64,000 nt of DNA from Flavipsychrobacter sp. (GTDB taxonomy: Bacteria > Bacteroidota > Bacteroidia > Chitinophagales > Chitinophagaceae): contig JBBCJI010000024.1 in the NCBI GenBank assembly GCA_037190845.1, forward strand, positions 27,455 to 91,454. Direction: 5' to 3'. Both the position numbers and the translations under genes were made by a program. Numbering within the stretch: the stretch's first letter is position 1; each line of letters begins with the position of its first letter. Below the pieces are notes generated by a model. It worked only from the letters and a program-made list of their open reading frames with translations. It was not told where the DNA came from and did not search any database. Of the stretch, positions 41,395-50,411 are shown piece after piece.

Positions 41395-41999
41395 GAACCT
41401 TCGCTTACCCCGTTCATTTTTATGAATAGGCTAAGGTTCATAGAGAGTTGTTTTTTGTACTTTACAAATATAAAATATTTTTACAAAGTTTAAAATGGAG
41501 ATTAAATATTTTGTAAACTCTTTGTGTTTAAATGTGTGTTATTTCCGTAGTGGCTCCTATATCTCCTTTAACCCCGCTCAGTGTATTATGTAATTTATGT
41601 ATTTATATCTTGAATGTAATCTCATTTTTATAATAATAACATTGAATTTCAACAAGAAATATAGATAAATTTACTTGTTGGCATTATCTCCTTCCCCTAA
41701 CTTCGTTACCAGTAAAATATCGCGAACCTTCAATCAATTCGTTGAAGCAATCGCTTTGAATCTCGTATAAAGAAACCTGAGAATTTCAACAGCAACGGGA
41801 TAATAAGTAGATTGCCTGCGTTACGGCGCGGGCGTTCTCTTATTCGTTGCTGTGGGCTTCTCAGGGCCTCTTTATACAATAAGCAGAGCACCGCGCTTTT
41901 TTCATGCCTCAATATTCAGCATCGCAAAAAGCCGCTCCGGGTTCATCGCCGATCTTCACATCAGACAGAAGGTGCGCCTATCGTTCACCTTGCTGAAAA

Positions 42000-42851
42000 A
42001 TGAAGATCATGGATGCCCCGATATACCCCGAACAGCAACAGCCTGCAGACGAGCTGAAGGAAACCCTTAACGCACTGCTCCGCATCGTACCCGCAGATAT
42101 GGTGTTCTGCAAAGACGGCTGCCTGTATATCGTACCCGGCGCCACGGCCGTCCATAGTGTGCACGAGTACAAGGTCATGCTCGACGGCGCCGACTGGAAT
42201 CGTACCGGCTATGTCTGGTCTTTATATGCGCTCGATGACATCCGCAGGGGCATAGACGAAGGGAGGCTGTTTTACAACACGGTGTTCGCCGCGCCCTGGC
42301 TGGTGTACGACAACGGCCGCTCGGCATTGCCGCTTCCCTTGCCCTTACGCGTAGCACAAACGCAGCAGCACGGCAGCGAAACGTTTGTTTTCGGCTACCG
42401 TCAATCGCAGACGTTCTACCGGTGCGCGGCTTCGCTTGGTTCGGCCGAAGAATCGGGCGTGGCGGCGTTTATGCTGCACCAGTCGGTGGAGCTGCTGTTA
42501 CGCGCCTTTATCATCGCCGTAACGGGTCAGGAGGTGAAAACGCATACCCTGTCCGACCTGATGAAGCATACGCTCCGTTATGCGCCGGGACTGAAAGCCT
42601 GTCGTACCGCTTCGGGCACATCGGTCCACCATCTGCCGGACCGGCTGGAAAAGGCTTATGTCTGCGGTCGGTATTCGCCGCATTTCCAGATTGCGCCGGC
42701 AATACTGCCGGAACTGTACGAACAGGTTGGGTTATTACAGGAGGCATTGAAAAAAACATTTGCCCGCCTGATGGAGGCGTATGGGCTTTGCGGCCGGCAG
42801 GAGGCTGCAGTGTTTCATAGATCGGAAGGGATGAAACGGATGTCTGCATAA
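42000..42851 (+). CDS. HEPN-like domain protein (N-terminal domain unassigned)
   Basis: C-terminal ~130 aa FMLHQSVELLLRAFIIAVTGQEVKTHTLSDLMKH...GRYSPH resembles a HEPN helical bundle with an R-x(3-6)-H motif. GC is about 60%. The C-terminal 130 aa are duplicated at 50412..50819. Confidence 0.5.
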   Translation: MKIMDAPIYPEQQQPADELKETLNALLRIVPADMVFCKDGCLYIVPGATAVHSVHEYKVMLDGADWNRTGYVWSLYALDDIRRGIDEGRLFYNTVFAAPWLVYDNGRSALPLPLPLRVAQTQQHGSETFVFGYRQSQTFYRCAASLGSAEESGVAAFMLHQSVELLLRAFIIAVTGQEVKTHTLSDLMKHTLRYAPGLKACRTASGTSVHHLPDRLEKAYVCGRYSPHFQIAPAILPELYEQVGLLQEALKKTFARLMEAYGLCGRQEAAVFHRSEGMKRMSA

Positions 42852-42874
42852 AGCCGGGTGGGCAGGAATCCGGG

Positions 42875-42996
42875 CCATCTTCCGGCAGACAATAAGTTTC
42901 GAGGGCTTGATCAGTCGGGCGACTTGGGGGTAGATGCTGATAATACCCAACTCGTTTAGCGAACATTCGGAAATGATCACGGGGTGGGTGACGAAG
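42875..42996 (+). repeat. Degenerate copy A of the last ~120 nt of the giant AAA gene (compare 37776..37896)
   Basis: By-eye alignment gives about 80% identity over ccatcttccggcaga...ggaaatgatc... It lies immediately after the stop of the HEPN-like ORF. Confidence 0.7.
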
Positions 42997-43115
42997 TTGT
43001 TGGCGAGTAAGATCAGCGGAACGTTATTGGAAGGGTGTAAAAGGTTTTCATCACTATGTGAATTATCAAAACTTTCATTTTTTGCAAGTTTTGATAATTT
43101 CAAAGCATATAGTAT

Positions 43116-43367
43116 TTAGCCATTTTTTTGCTTATCGGCTTTTAGCGCTGCCAAGTGCTTTTTTGCGTCGAAATTTTTGGCAATGCCGCTTTCAATTCCT
43201 ACGTGAATTGCATTTTTCAAAATTTGGATTTTGTTTTCTTCTTCTTCTAAGAGTCGAAGGCCGGCTCTGATTACTTCGCTTGCATTTTTGTAACGTCCCT
43301 GAGACACGCTATTATCAACAAATTCTTCAAAATAGTTTCCAAGTGATACGGATGTATTTCGTCCCAT
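43116..43367 (-). CDS. parD: ParD-type (RHH) antitoxin
   Basis: MGRNTSVSLGNYFEEFVDNSVSQGRYKNASEVIRAGLRLLEEEE is ParD/RHH-like. It is 95% identical to 51200..51451. Its cognate parE is reduced to 6 codons (MAKYYML*) at 43101..43121. Confidence 0.85.
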   Translation of the reverse strand: MGRNTSVSLGNYFEEFVDNSVSQGRYKNASEVIRAGLRLLEEEENKIQILKNAIHVGIESGIAKNFDAKKHLAALKADKQKNG

Positions 43368-43388
43368 GGTTTTGAATTTTTAATAAAG

Positions 43389-43405
43389 TTACCAATATTT
43401 GGTAA
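43389..43405. promoter_or_regulatory. Perfect palindrome TTACCAATATTTGGTAA upstream of parD, a putative autoregulatory operator
   Basis: Seen directly, 22 nt upstream of the parD start, and identical at 51473..51489. Confidence 0.5.
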
Positions 43406-43450
43406 CTCTGGTGCCGGTTTTGTGTTAAAGTTCATGCACACAGCAGCGTT

Positions 43451-43569
43451 TCCAGAAGGATAATAAGTTTGGAGGGCTTGGTCAGTCGGACGGCATGGCG
43501 CAGATGAAGATATGACTGTGCTCGTTTAACGGGCATCCGGAAATGATCGCGAGGGCTTTGAGGAAGCAG
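43451..43569 (+). repeat. Degenerate copy B of the giant gene 3' end (stop codon mutated TAG to CAG)
   Basis: ...ggaaatgatcgcgagggctttgaggaagcag against the original ...ggaaatgatcgcgaaggctttgaggaagtag. It is nearly identical to copy C at 51544..51653. Confidence 0.75.
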
Positions 43570-43633
43570 GCATTTGTGTCAGTTAGTGGAGATAGTTACT
43601 TTTATCCTATCCAAAGCGCCTTGAGGCTGGAAC

Positions 43634-44074
43634 ATGGACAAGCTAATGTTATCAATCGCAATAATTCCAGGGATCTGGATCGCCCTAAAGTTTAGCGGTG
43701 TTTTCCACCGGGTGATTGTCTTTGTGCTTGCCCTTTCTGTTGGATTGGTCTGGAGTGGAGAGCCGCGCATTATTACCGGCAGCTTCATTGCATTTACCTG
43801 TATGGCTATTGGGACAATGGTTTACGCATTGGCGGTTAAGGGGCTTAACAATTATGAAAGAATAAGCATTCTAACCATGGGCTTTTTCGTGGCGACGGGT
43901 TCGATTTTCAAACTTTTGCATTACCCCGGTGTCGGGTTGATCAGGTTAGCTATGGTCATACCTGTGGTCATGACGGTATTAGTCTTTGTGAAAGGCAGGA
44001 GACTAACCCGGGAAATGAGTTTTATGATCATCTGGCTGGTGTATGCGATGTCGGAATGCTTGAAGTTGTACTAA
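43634..44074 (+). CDS. Small 4-TM membrane protein of unknown family
   Basis: 146 aa. It is paralogous to 52594..53115 (shared FSGVFHRVI / RRLTREMSFMIIWLVYAMSE motifs), and its first 50 codons are duplicated at 51718..51873. Confidence 0.6.
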   Translation: MDKLMLSIAIIPGIWIALKFSGVFHRVIVFVLALSVGLVWSGEPRIITGSFIAFTCMAIGTMVYALAVKGLNNYERISILTMGFFVATGSIFKLLHYPGVGLIRLAMVIPVVMTVLVFVKGRRLTREMSFMIIWLVYAMSECLKLY

Positions 44075-44084
44075 CCGATTGAAG

Positions 44085-44630
44085 TTATTTCCATTCCCAT
44101 TTTTCGTCAATGTCATATTTGATTTTCAGATAGGCCGCAAGTTCATCGAGTCTGGTTTTGACGTTGGCAATGTTTACTATTTTGTCCTTTGGCAGTATAA
44201 ATGATTGACCGCCTCTTAGTTTGATAAGTATCATCGTTGGTATCTCGGATATTTCCTCAAGCTCTGTGGTTAACACTTTGCTTTCACTGCCATTTTCCTT
44301 TGCTAAAATAAAATCGTTACTCAGCTCCAATGTTCCAACTTTCCCGATCCGGTCTTTATAGTTTTCCTTAATGAACGCCCTATAATGTTTAATGTAACGT
44401 CGTTTCTCCCAAGCCGGATAAAAGAAAAACCATAGAAGTCCGATAATGATAAAAATAGTTGCCAGTGAAAATTGGTCATCAGAGAAAAATAGAAGTCCCA
44501 AGGCGCCATAAGCTAAAGGAAAAATCGTCTTGTTTTTTTGTCTTTTCTTTTTAATCCGCTCAGATTGTGACGCAAGAAAAAGTTGATGCGTCAGGAGATC
44601 ATGTTCGTTGATTGTATATTCTATTGTCAT
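44085..44630 (-). CDS. YcxB-like small membrane protein
   Basis: 181 aa with two central TM helices. It is AT-rich and is the last gene of the minus-strand helicase cluster. Confidence 0.5.
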   Translation of the reverse strand: MTIEYTINEHDLLTHQLFLASQSERIKKKRQKNKTIFPLAYGALGLLFFSDDQFSLATIFIIIGLLWFFFYPAWEKRRYIKHYRAFIKENYKDRIGKVGTLELSNDFILAKENGSESKVLTTELEEISEIPTMILIKLRGGQSFILPKDKIVNIANVKTRLDELAAYLKIKYDIDEKWEWK

Positions 44631-44765
44631 AGTCTTACGTGAAGTTGTGTGATTATTTTGCGCTTAGTACGCTGAATTTTGAATTAAATAAAAGGCCAGC
44701 CGTCGTAAATGCTCAATAGAGGTACGTTAGCCCTGCATTTGGTTATACGTTGTTAGTGAGTATTT

Positions 44766-46097
44766 TTAATTCTTTTCTCTATTTTTTCTTTGTCTGTTCC
44801 AATCTCCTATCCAACGCATTGGAACAGGTCCTTCATATAATTGTTTATAAAAATGTCTCCAATTCCATGCACTTGTCCCGTCAGTTAGCTTAAGTTCGGG
44901 TATCCACACTTTATCTTCAGGGAAATACGTTGTCGTCCAAACGCCGTCTTTATATGCTTCGATATAACATTTTCCATAGTAGGCAAGTACTGATGGAAAT
45001 AGGCTGTCAAAAAGATTGTAGTTTGTTCCGTTCCATTTGAGTGCTTCGTCCACTAAATCCATTCCTGTGCTGTCAAATGAAAGTTGCTCCTTGTCGAAGT
45101 TGATCAAGGAAGGTAATTGTTCAATAAGTTGTGGCACAAAGCCTGAAAAATTTTGTCCGTATTTATCAGATGTTTTTTGATAAAAATGTTCATGTGTTAT
45201 GGGTTTGTCCATTAATTCTCTGTACTTCTTTTCAGCATCTTTCACTTGTTCAAGGTTGTCATAAATACGTAAACTTAAAATCGACATTTTATTGCCTGCT
45301 CCGTTCTTTTGCTTTTCTTCATCAATAAGTATGTAATAACCCTTTTCAGACTCGTATAAATTCCCGAAAAAGTTGGAAACATATACTTTTCGTTCGGTAA
45401 GCGATAGTCTGTGATGTTTAATTATATCCTTCATGTATTTAGGATAAATCAGATGAAAATCATGTTCGTAGTCCACAAGTCTGTCTCCCGAGGCAATAAC
45501 TTTCATTAAATATTCTTCATCGTCTGAACCATATGCTTCTTCTAGTACAGATGTTTTTTCGGAGGCTAGGGTTTTGATGTCTGGAAAGATAGCTGCTGCT
45601 TGAAAATTTTTAGATTTGTCTAAGAGCAAAATTTGTGCTGTGTTAAGCTGATATACTTCAAAGTCATACCATTGAGGTAAGTCGCTTGTGTACTGTGTTA
45701 ATCTTTTAGGACTTTCTTTTTCAATTATTTGCTTGCCTTCGTCAAATGATAATTCAATTTTGTACGAAACATTTTTTTTTAGAAAATCAATTGTGTTTTT
45801 TACAAACCTAACTCTGTGTAATCTGTTGAAATGCTCTAAGTTTTCAACTAATACAGCTTGTTTATCGTAAAACTCAATCAGGATTTTTCCGTCAGAAAGC
45901 CGGTAAGTTCGTGCTGTCCATTTCTTACGAATAGAATTATCTTGCTCTCCCTTATATTGTTTCAGTGTATTTGTCTTTTCATTACTGTCAAGAAGCGTTA
46001 CGGTAATTGGCAACTTGTCAAGAGTTGTAATTTCCAACTTTTGAGCAAAACTGCTAATCGTTATCAATGTAAAGATGATGGTTAATAATTGCCTCAT
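44766..46097 (-). CDS. Secreted hypothetical protein (signal peptide MRQLLTIIFTLITISSFAQ)
   Basis: About 443 aa from the internal Met. The track start at 46241 adds an Arg-rich extension and overlaps the upstream gene. Confidence 0.55.
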   Translation of the reverse strand: MRQLLTIIFTLITISSFAQKLEITTLDKLPITVTLLDSNEKTNTLKQYKGEQDNSIRKKWTARTYRLSDGKILIEFYDKQAVLVENLEHFNRLHRVRFVKNTIDFLKKNVSYKIELSFDEGKQIIEKESPKRLTQYTSDLPQWYDFEVYQLNTAQILLLDKSKNFQAAAIFPDIKTLASEKTSVLEEAYGSDDEEYLMKVIASGDRLVDYEHDFHLIYPKYMKDIIKHHRLSLTERKVYVSNFFGNLYESEKGYYILIDEEKQKNGAGNKMSILSLRIYDNLEQVKDAEKKYRELMDKPITHEHFYQKTSDKYGQNFSGFVPQLIEQLPSLINFDKEQLSFDSTGMDLVDEALKWNGTNYNLFDSLFPSVLAYYGKCYIEAYKDGVWTTTYFPEDKVWIPELKLTDGTSAWNWRHFYKQLYEGPVPMRWIGDWNRQRKNREKN

Positions 46098-46233
46098 TGC
46101 ATGGCGCTTGTGTGAGGACGCTGCATTCGGGCGACTTTTACGAGTACGAAGTCTCAATTTATACATCAGCTCGCTTATTGCTGAGCTGTTCCTGTGGTGC
46201 CTTCTTGTCTGTCTACTTGTGAATGTCTGCATA

Positions 46234-46731
46234 TTACTCACCCCAAAAATGATAAACTTTTAATGCCGTCCCTTCTCGGTTTAGTACAACGAAACCATTT
46301 TCAAACGTTTCTCGGGTATTGCCTGGCTCTACTTTCAACCAAGTTGTCTTGAAAGTAAATATTCTATTGTCGTTTGATTTCAGTTTGGGTAAAACGTTTT
46401 CGTTTAATAAGTCAAAGGAATAGTCGTCACTTTTTAGTTTAGAAAAGCTGTTGCTGGTTAAAGTGTCTGCCGGGAATAAAATACTGTCTAAAAGCTCCCA
46501 TTCATTTATAGCTGCAAATGCTATTAGTTCTTTGTTTGTAAAAGTACCGCTAGTGTTACTTTGCCAGTTTATTTCCCTGTGTCCTCCCCAAGGCCCCTGG
46601 TCACTATTTTGGTTTGTGATTAAGTCTTTATGGAAATCTGTCCAGAAACCAGCAGGCGTTGATCTATTACAAGAAGTTGCTAAAACGGCTACACAAAAAA
46701 TGGTCAGGAGATATTTCATTATCCGTTTCAA
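46234..46731 (-). CDS. Hypothetical lipoprotein
   Basis: Signal peptide with lipobox-like LATSC; 165 aa. Confidence 0.55.
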   Translation of the reverse strand: MKRIMKYLLTIFCVAVLATSCNRSTPAGFWTDFHKDLITNQNSDQGPWGGHREINWQSNTSGTFTNKELIAFAAINEWELLDSILFPADTLTSNSFSKLKSDDYSFDLLNENVLPKLKSNDNRIFTFKTTWLKVEPGNTRETFENGFVVLNREGTALKVYHFWGE

Positions 46732-46839
46732 TATTGTCTGTTTGTTTCGTCTTTTAATGATTCTTCATTTTAGTTGCATTTTCTACTTCGCGTATGTTCA
46801 TACGAAGAACATCACTTTCCCGCTTTAGTCCCACCATTG

Positions 46840-47514
46840 TTATAGACCGATTTTATTGTCATAACTGAAATATGCTTCAATTTCTGCTCTGTGATATTCA
46901 ACAATCCAGTCATTTCTTTTTATGTAAATGTCCCGAATTTTGTCTGCTTTGTCGCTCCAAACAAAACATCCTCTGTCATCATACATTTGAAATGCTTTGT
47001 CGGTTGCCGGATCGAAAAAGAAAATTCTTTGGTTTATACTCGGGTTAAAGCCCATTTCGTTGTTGGCAATTCCATTCAGAATGTTTTTGACATTGATGTC
47101 TTTAATAGGCAGTTTGCCAATTATAATTCCGACGTTCTCTTTTTCTGGAACGTCATTCCCGTTTTCATCTGTTGTGAAGTAGCGAGTGTTTACCGTTTCC
47201 AATTTATTATAGAATTGCTCGAAGCTGTCGGCAGGAAATTGTTTATGCAAGTAGTCGTTTGAGGCGCTAAAAATATCTTCGTCTTGGTATTCATAAATAA
47301 GAATGAAAATTTCGTGTGTCGAGTCATTAAATGTCTCGTTGAATATTGTCAAAGCCCTATTCGTCGAGTAAGTTACCCGCTCAATTGTCCCATTTTCTTT
47401 TTCTTCTCCAAGTTCAAACCGAATGTGAACATGTCCTCCAAGTGAATGTTCTGTGTCTATTTTCGATCCGGTGTAAACCCTGTCTAAATATGATTGTAAC
47501 TCTTGTCTTAACAT
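46840..47514 (-). CDS. Hypothetical cytoplasmic protein encoded directly downstream of the helicase
   Basis: 224 aa with no signal peptide and no recognisable catalytic motif. Confidence 0.55.
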   Translation of the reverse strand: MLRQELQSYLDRVYTGSKIDTEHSLGGHVHIRFELGEEKENGTIERVTYSTNRALTIFNETFNDSTHEIFILIYEYQDEDIFSASNDYLHKQFPADSFEQFYNKLETVNTRYFTTDENGNDVPEKENVGIIIGKLPIKDINVKNILNGIANNEMGFNPSINQRIFFFDPATDKAFQMYDDRGCFVWSDKADKIRDIYIKRNDWIVEYHRAEIEAYFSYDNKIGL

Positions 47515-47593
47515 TTTGTTCTTGCCTTGTCAGGTTGTTAAAGTGGTTGGTTATTGTGCTTGGATGGGTTGGAGCAGATGAAGCGGTGCTTCC

Positions 47594-50317
47594 TCACCTC
47601 CACTTATTCACATGCTCAATCTTGTCTTCAAATTGTGCAGCCAATGATTTAATCCTTGACTTCAGTAATAATTGTCTTCCCTCGATTGTTCGTGTAAATA
47701 TCAGGTCGCAGGCGCCAACAAGCTGTTCCCATCGGCTTTTGAAATATTCAGCCAGGTTCTTGTTTTTTCCGAGTACCTCAGGAACGGCATGATAATCTTT
47801 TTGTTTCATGAACAGCATAAACCTGTTCTTCCGGATAATTACATATCTGGGGTTCTCAATGGGGGCAATTATTTCCTGCAGCGCATTTATGAAGGCTGAC
47901 TGCTCAAAAGTGGTTCCTCCTTCCAGATGGCAATAAACGGTGCCCCAACGATTCACCGAAGATGCCACTTTCAACTGTGTGACTTCCGTATGAATGGTTC
48001 CTGCCTTAATTAACGACTGCATAAGCGTCTCGCCAATCCGTTGCATGTCTTTTGCAATATCCCGGTATTTGAAGTAGAGTCTGAGTGTTTTGTATGTCAG
48101 TCTGCCGTAAATTACTATTCCTACTGTCCCCAGCAAGGCGATGAAAATATACAGATCATTTATTGTTCTGAAGTTTTTTGCTGCGCGTCCCAGCCCCTGC
48201 AGGCTTTCTAAACCAAAACCTATTAATCCGGAACTCAATGTAGCAAAAAGATTTGCAATTGTCTTTCTCAGGTACATGGATTTGACCTCGCGGTATGATC
48301 TTTCTTCCGGGAATGGGATTTTTATTTCTTCTGTAAGGGTTACGCCGGTTGCCAGCGCTTCTTTCCAGCGCTGTTTCAGACTTTCTCTATCACCGGCATA
48401 AGTAAACATTTCCGTGTTTTTCCTCGCTGCTACAACCTCCTGATGTATGTCTTCCGGTAAATTGAGTCGGCCTATCCCGTTTTCTATTCCGGGTTCTTGG
48501 CTAAAGGAAACCCCTACAAAACTTCTGAAACGACGCTTTAGTAAATCAAAATCCTCGCCTCCTGTCTCCGATGTAGGATCGATACAGACTATATGCCAGA
48601 TATTTCCTGTTTTTTCCTGATTGTCTTTTTGTGTTCGAATCGCTCTCCCGCGCATTTGATTGGACAAAACGAAAGAGCCCACAAAGCTTCCCAGTATTAA
48701 GGAATTGATGGCGGGCGCATCCCACCCTTCTCCCAAGAGTGATTTTGTGCCAATTAAAACTTCAATTTCACCCCGTTGAAAAATCTGGGTAACAATATGA
48801 ACAATATCATTTTTCAGCTGGCCGGTCGGATTGATTATCACGTAATTTGTATCAAAAGGGGCAGTACTCGAATTGATCTGTGTAATTCCATATTTGGCCG
48901 CTTTTGCTTCAAATGCAGGATAAGCTTTTGTGGGAATAATGATTACGGATCCGGTAAGTACGGCCATCTTTTTGTTATCTGTGTTGGACCGTCTTAGTTT
49001 TTCAAAAATGGGTATTACGCCTATCTTGTTTAATTCAAGTGGGTTATCCGGAGTGCTTGTGAGAAACTCTTTCCGGATAAAGTCGGAAAGGATGACCAGG
49101 CGGAGCGAGTTGCCTAACTGTTTATATTCAAAGTCAACAATCTCTTTAATGCTGTTGAGTTTGCTGATACTGGATGTCAGAAATCCGGTTAGTTTTTTGT
49201 TGTGGGAAAAGTTGATTTTTCTTCTTTCAATGGCTCCTGATCTGCGCAGCCGGTTTTCAAGGTGTTTTCTATGTGTTTCAAATTCTTTGAAATGTTCTTT
49301 CCCTTTGTAGAGATAGAAGTCGAGTAGCGTTTCCGTCCATTCGTAGTCGAGTTCCGGTATTTCGATTTTCTTATCGCCTATTACTTCAAGATGGGTTTCG
49401 GGTATATCTCTGCCGTTGGCGTGCAGGAAAATCAAGGAAGCCGAATAAGAGGATAGGTTGTTATAGATCCAGTCTAACTGATCTGCAGGGTTTAACCAGA
49501 TAGGGTGTTGTTCTATCGCCCGGACAATGGTTTCATCACGCTTTATTTCCTGAAACAGTTGCTCCATCCGCAGTCTGAAATCAGCGATGCTTTGGTTTTC
49601 ATCTTCTGTCGGAAAGGTAAAATGCACATAGTCCTGATGTGGGCACAGGTCACCTTCTATCACTAATTCAGGTACAGAAATCTCGGTGTCTACGGGGCCG
49701 TTGAGTGTAATGTATCGCTGCCATTCAGTTGCAGTAACATCATAGGGTGGGGTTGCTGTAAGCCCGACGATCACCGGGTCTGTTTTTTCTTTAACCATTG
49801 TCAACGTTCGCCACCATTCACTTTTCAGGTGGTGAGCCTCGTCTACAACGATAGTTCTGATGTTTTGTTCGATTAGTTTGCTTACAACGTTTTCAAGATT
49901 CTGATTTGTGGAAAGGCCATTGCCATTTTCTGTTGCTATCTCCTCATCTTCAGGGTCTTCATCCTGAATGTTCTGATTGTTGCAGGCGGCGTGCATTCCC
50001 TGGTAGGTAGCGACTGTTAGAAATTTCGGATTCCTGATATCTGTAGAAATCCATTCCGGAGTTATAGTGGTTTGAAGAAAGAGTTCACAAAAGCGTTGTA
50101 TCCACTGGTTGCGAATGGCTATTGACGGGGCAAGTATAAGTGTTGCATTGTTCAGCCGGATAGCTACTTCCAACCCTAAGACCGTCTTACCCGACCCCGG
50201 TGGAGCGATTACGTGTAAATGTTTATCCGTTAAGTGTGTTTCAAGTTCATCAAGTACCCGTTGTTGATATTTTCTCCAACGGTATTTGAATTTTATGTCT
50301 TTGGGAAATTCAGTCAA
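47594..50317 (-). CDS. SF2 DEAD/DEAH-box helicase (ResIII-like N-domain) with C-terminal two-TM segment and about 180-aa tail domain
   Basis: Motif I APPGSGKT, motif II VVDEAHH, motif III TATPP, motif VI QMRGRAIRT. Residues ~690-740 form two hydrophobic helices (LIGFGLESL..., IFIALLGTVGIVIYG). Confidence 0.85.
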   Translation of the reverse strand: MTEFPKDIKFKYRWRKYQQRVLDELETHLTDKHLHVIAPPGSGKTVLGLEVAIRLNNATLILAPSIAIRNQWIQRFCELFLQTTITPEWISTDIRNPKFLTVATYQGMHAACNNQNIQDEDPEDEEIATENGNGLSTNQNLENVVSKLIEQNIRTIVVDEAHHLKSEWWRTLTMVKEKTDPVIVGLTATPPYDVTATEWQRYITLNGPVDTEISVPELVIEGDLCPHQDYVHFTFPTEDENQSIADFRLRMEQLFQEIKRDETIVRAIEQHPIWLNPADQLDWIYNNLSSYSASLIFLHANGRDIPETHLEVIGDKKIEIPELDYEWTETLLDFYLYKGKEHFKEFETHRKHLENRLRRSGAIERRKINFSHNKKLTGFLTSSISKLNSIKEIVDFEYKQLGNSLRLVILSDFIRKEFLTSTPDNPLELNKIGVIPIFEKLRRSNTDNKKMAVLTGSVIIIPTKAYPAFEAKAAKYGITQINSSTAPFDTNYVIINPTGQLKNDIVHIVTQIFQRGEIEVLIGTKSLLGEGWDAPAINSLILGSFVGSFVLSNQMRGRAIRTQKDNQEKTGNIWHIVCIDPTSETGGEDFDLLKRRFRSFVGVSFSQEPGIENGIGRLNLPEDIHQEVVAARKNTEMFTYAGDRESLKQRWKEALATGVTLTEEIKIPFPEERSYREVKSMYLRKTIANLFATLSSGLIGFGLESLQGLGRAAKNFRTINDLYIFIALLGTVGIVIYGRLTYKTLRLYFKYRDIAKDMQRIGETLMQSLIKAGTIHTEVTQLKVASSVNRWGTVYCHLEGGTTFEQSAFINALQEIIAPIENPRYVIIRKNRFMLFMKQKDYHAVPEVLGKNKNLAEYFKSRWEQLVGACDLIFTRTIEGRQLLLKSRIKSLAAQFEDKIEHVNKWR

Positions 50318-50411
50318 GTAAGCCTTAGTTTTTATTGTACAGGCAGTAATATACGGCTTTGTTTTTAATTGTTGTTTTATGTAGGCTTTGCGCGTGACAG
50401 GCTGACTTTCA

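Larger units (their letters stand above)
42472..43788 (+). repeat. Segmental duplication, copy 1 (HEPN C-term / parE remnant / parD / copy B / membrane-protein 5' end)
   Basis: Direct repeat of 50442..51866 at roughly 90-95% identity with indels (parE is deleted here, and copy A is present only here). Confidence 0.7.

Noticed and set aside
41730-42070. Small ORFs (60-72 aa) in the 41.7-42.0 kb intergenic region
   Set aside because: They are short, overlap each other in several frames, and the region is better explained as a structured regulatory or RNA region.
42735-43103. 122-aa minus-strand ORF (MKLSKLAKNE…) spanning copy A and the parE remnant
   Set aside because: It runs antisense through the degenerate 3'-end copy and is absent from the sister duplication, so it is most likely a chance ORF created by the rearrangement.
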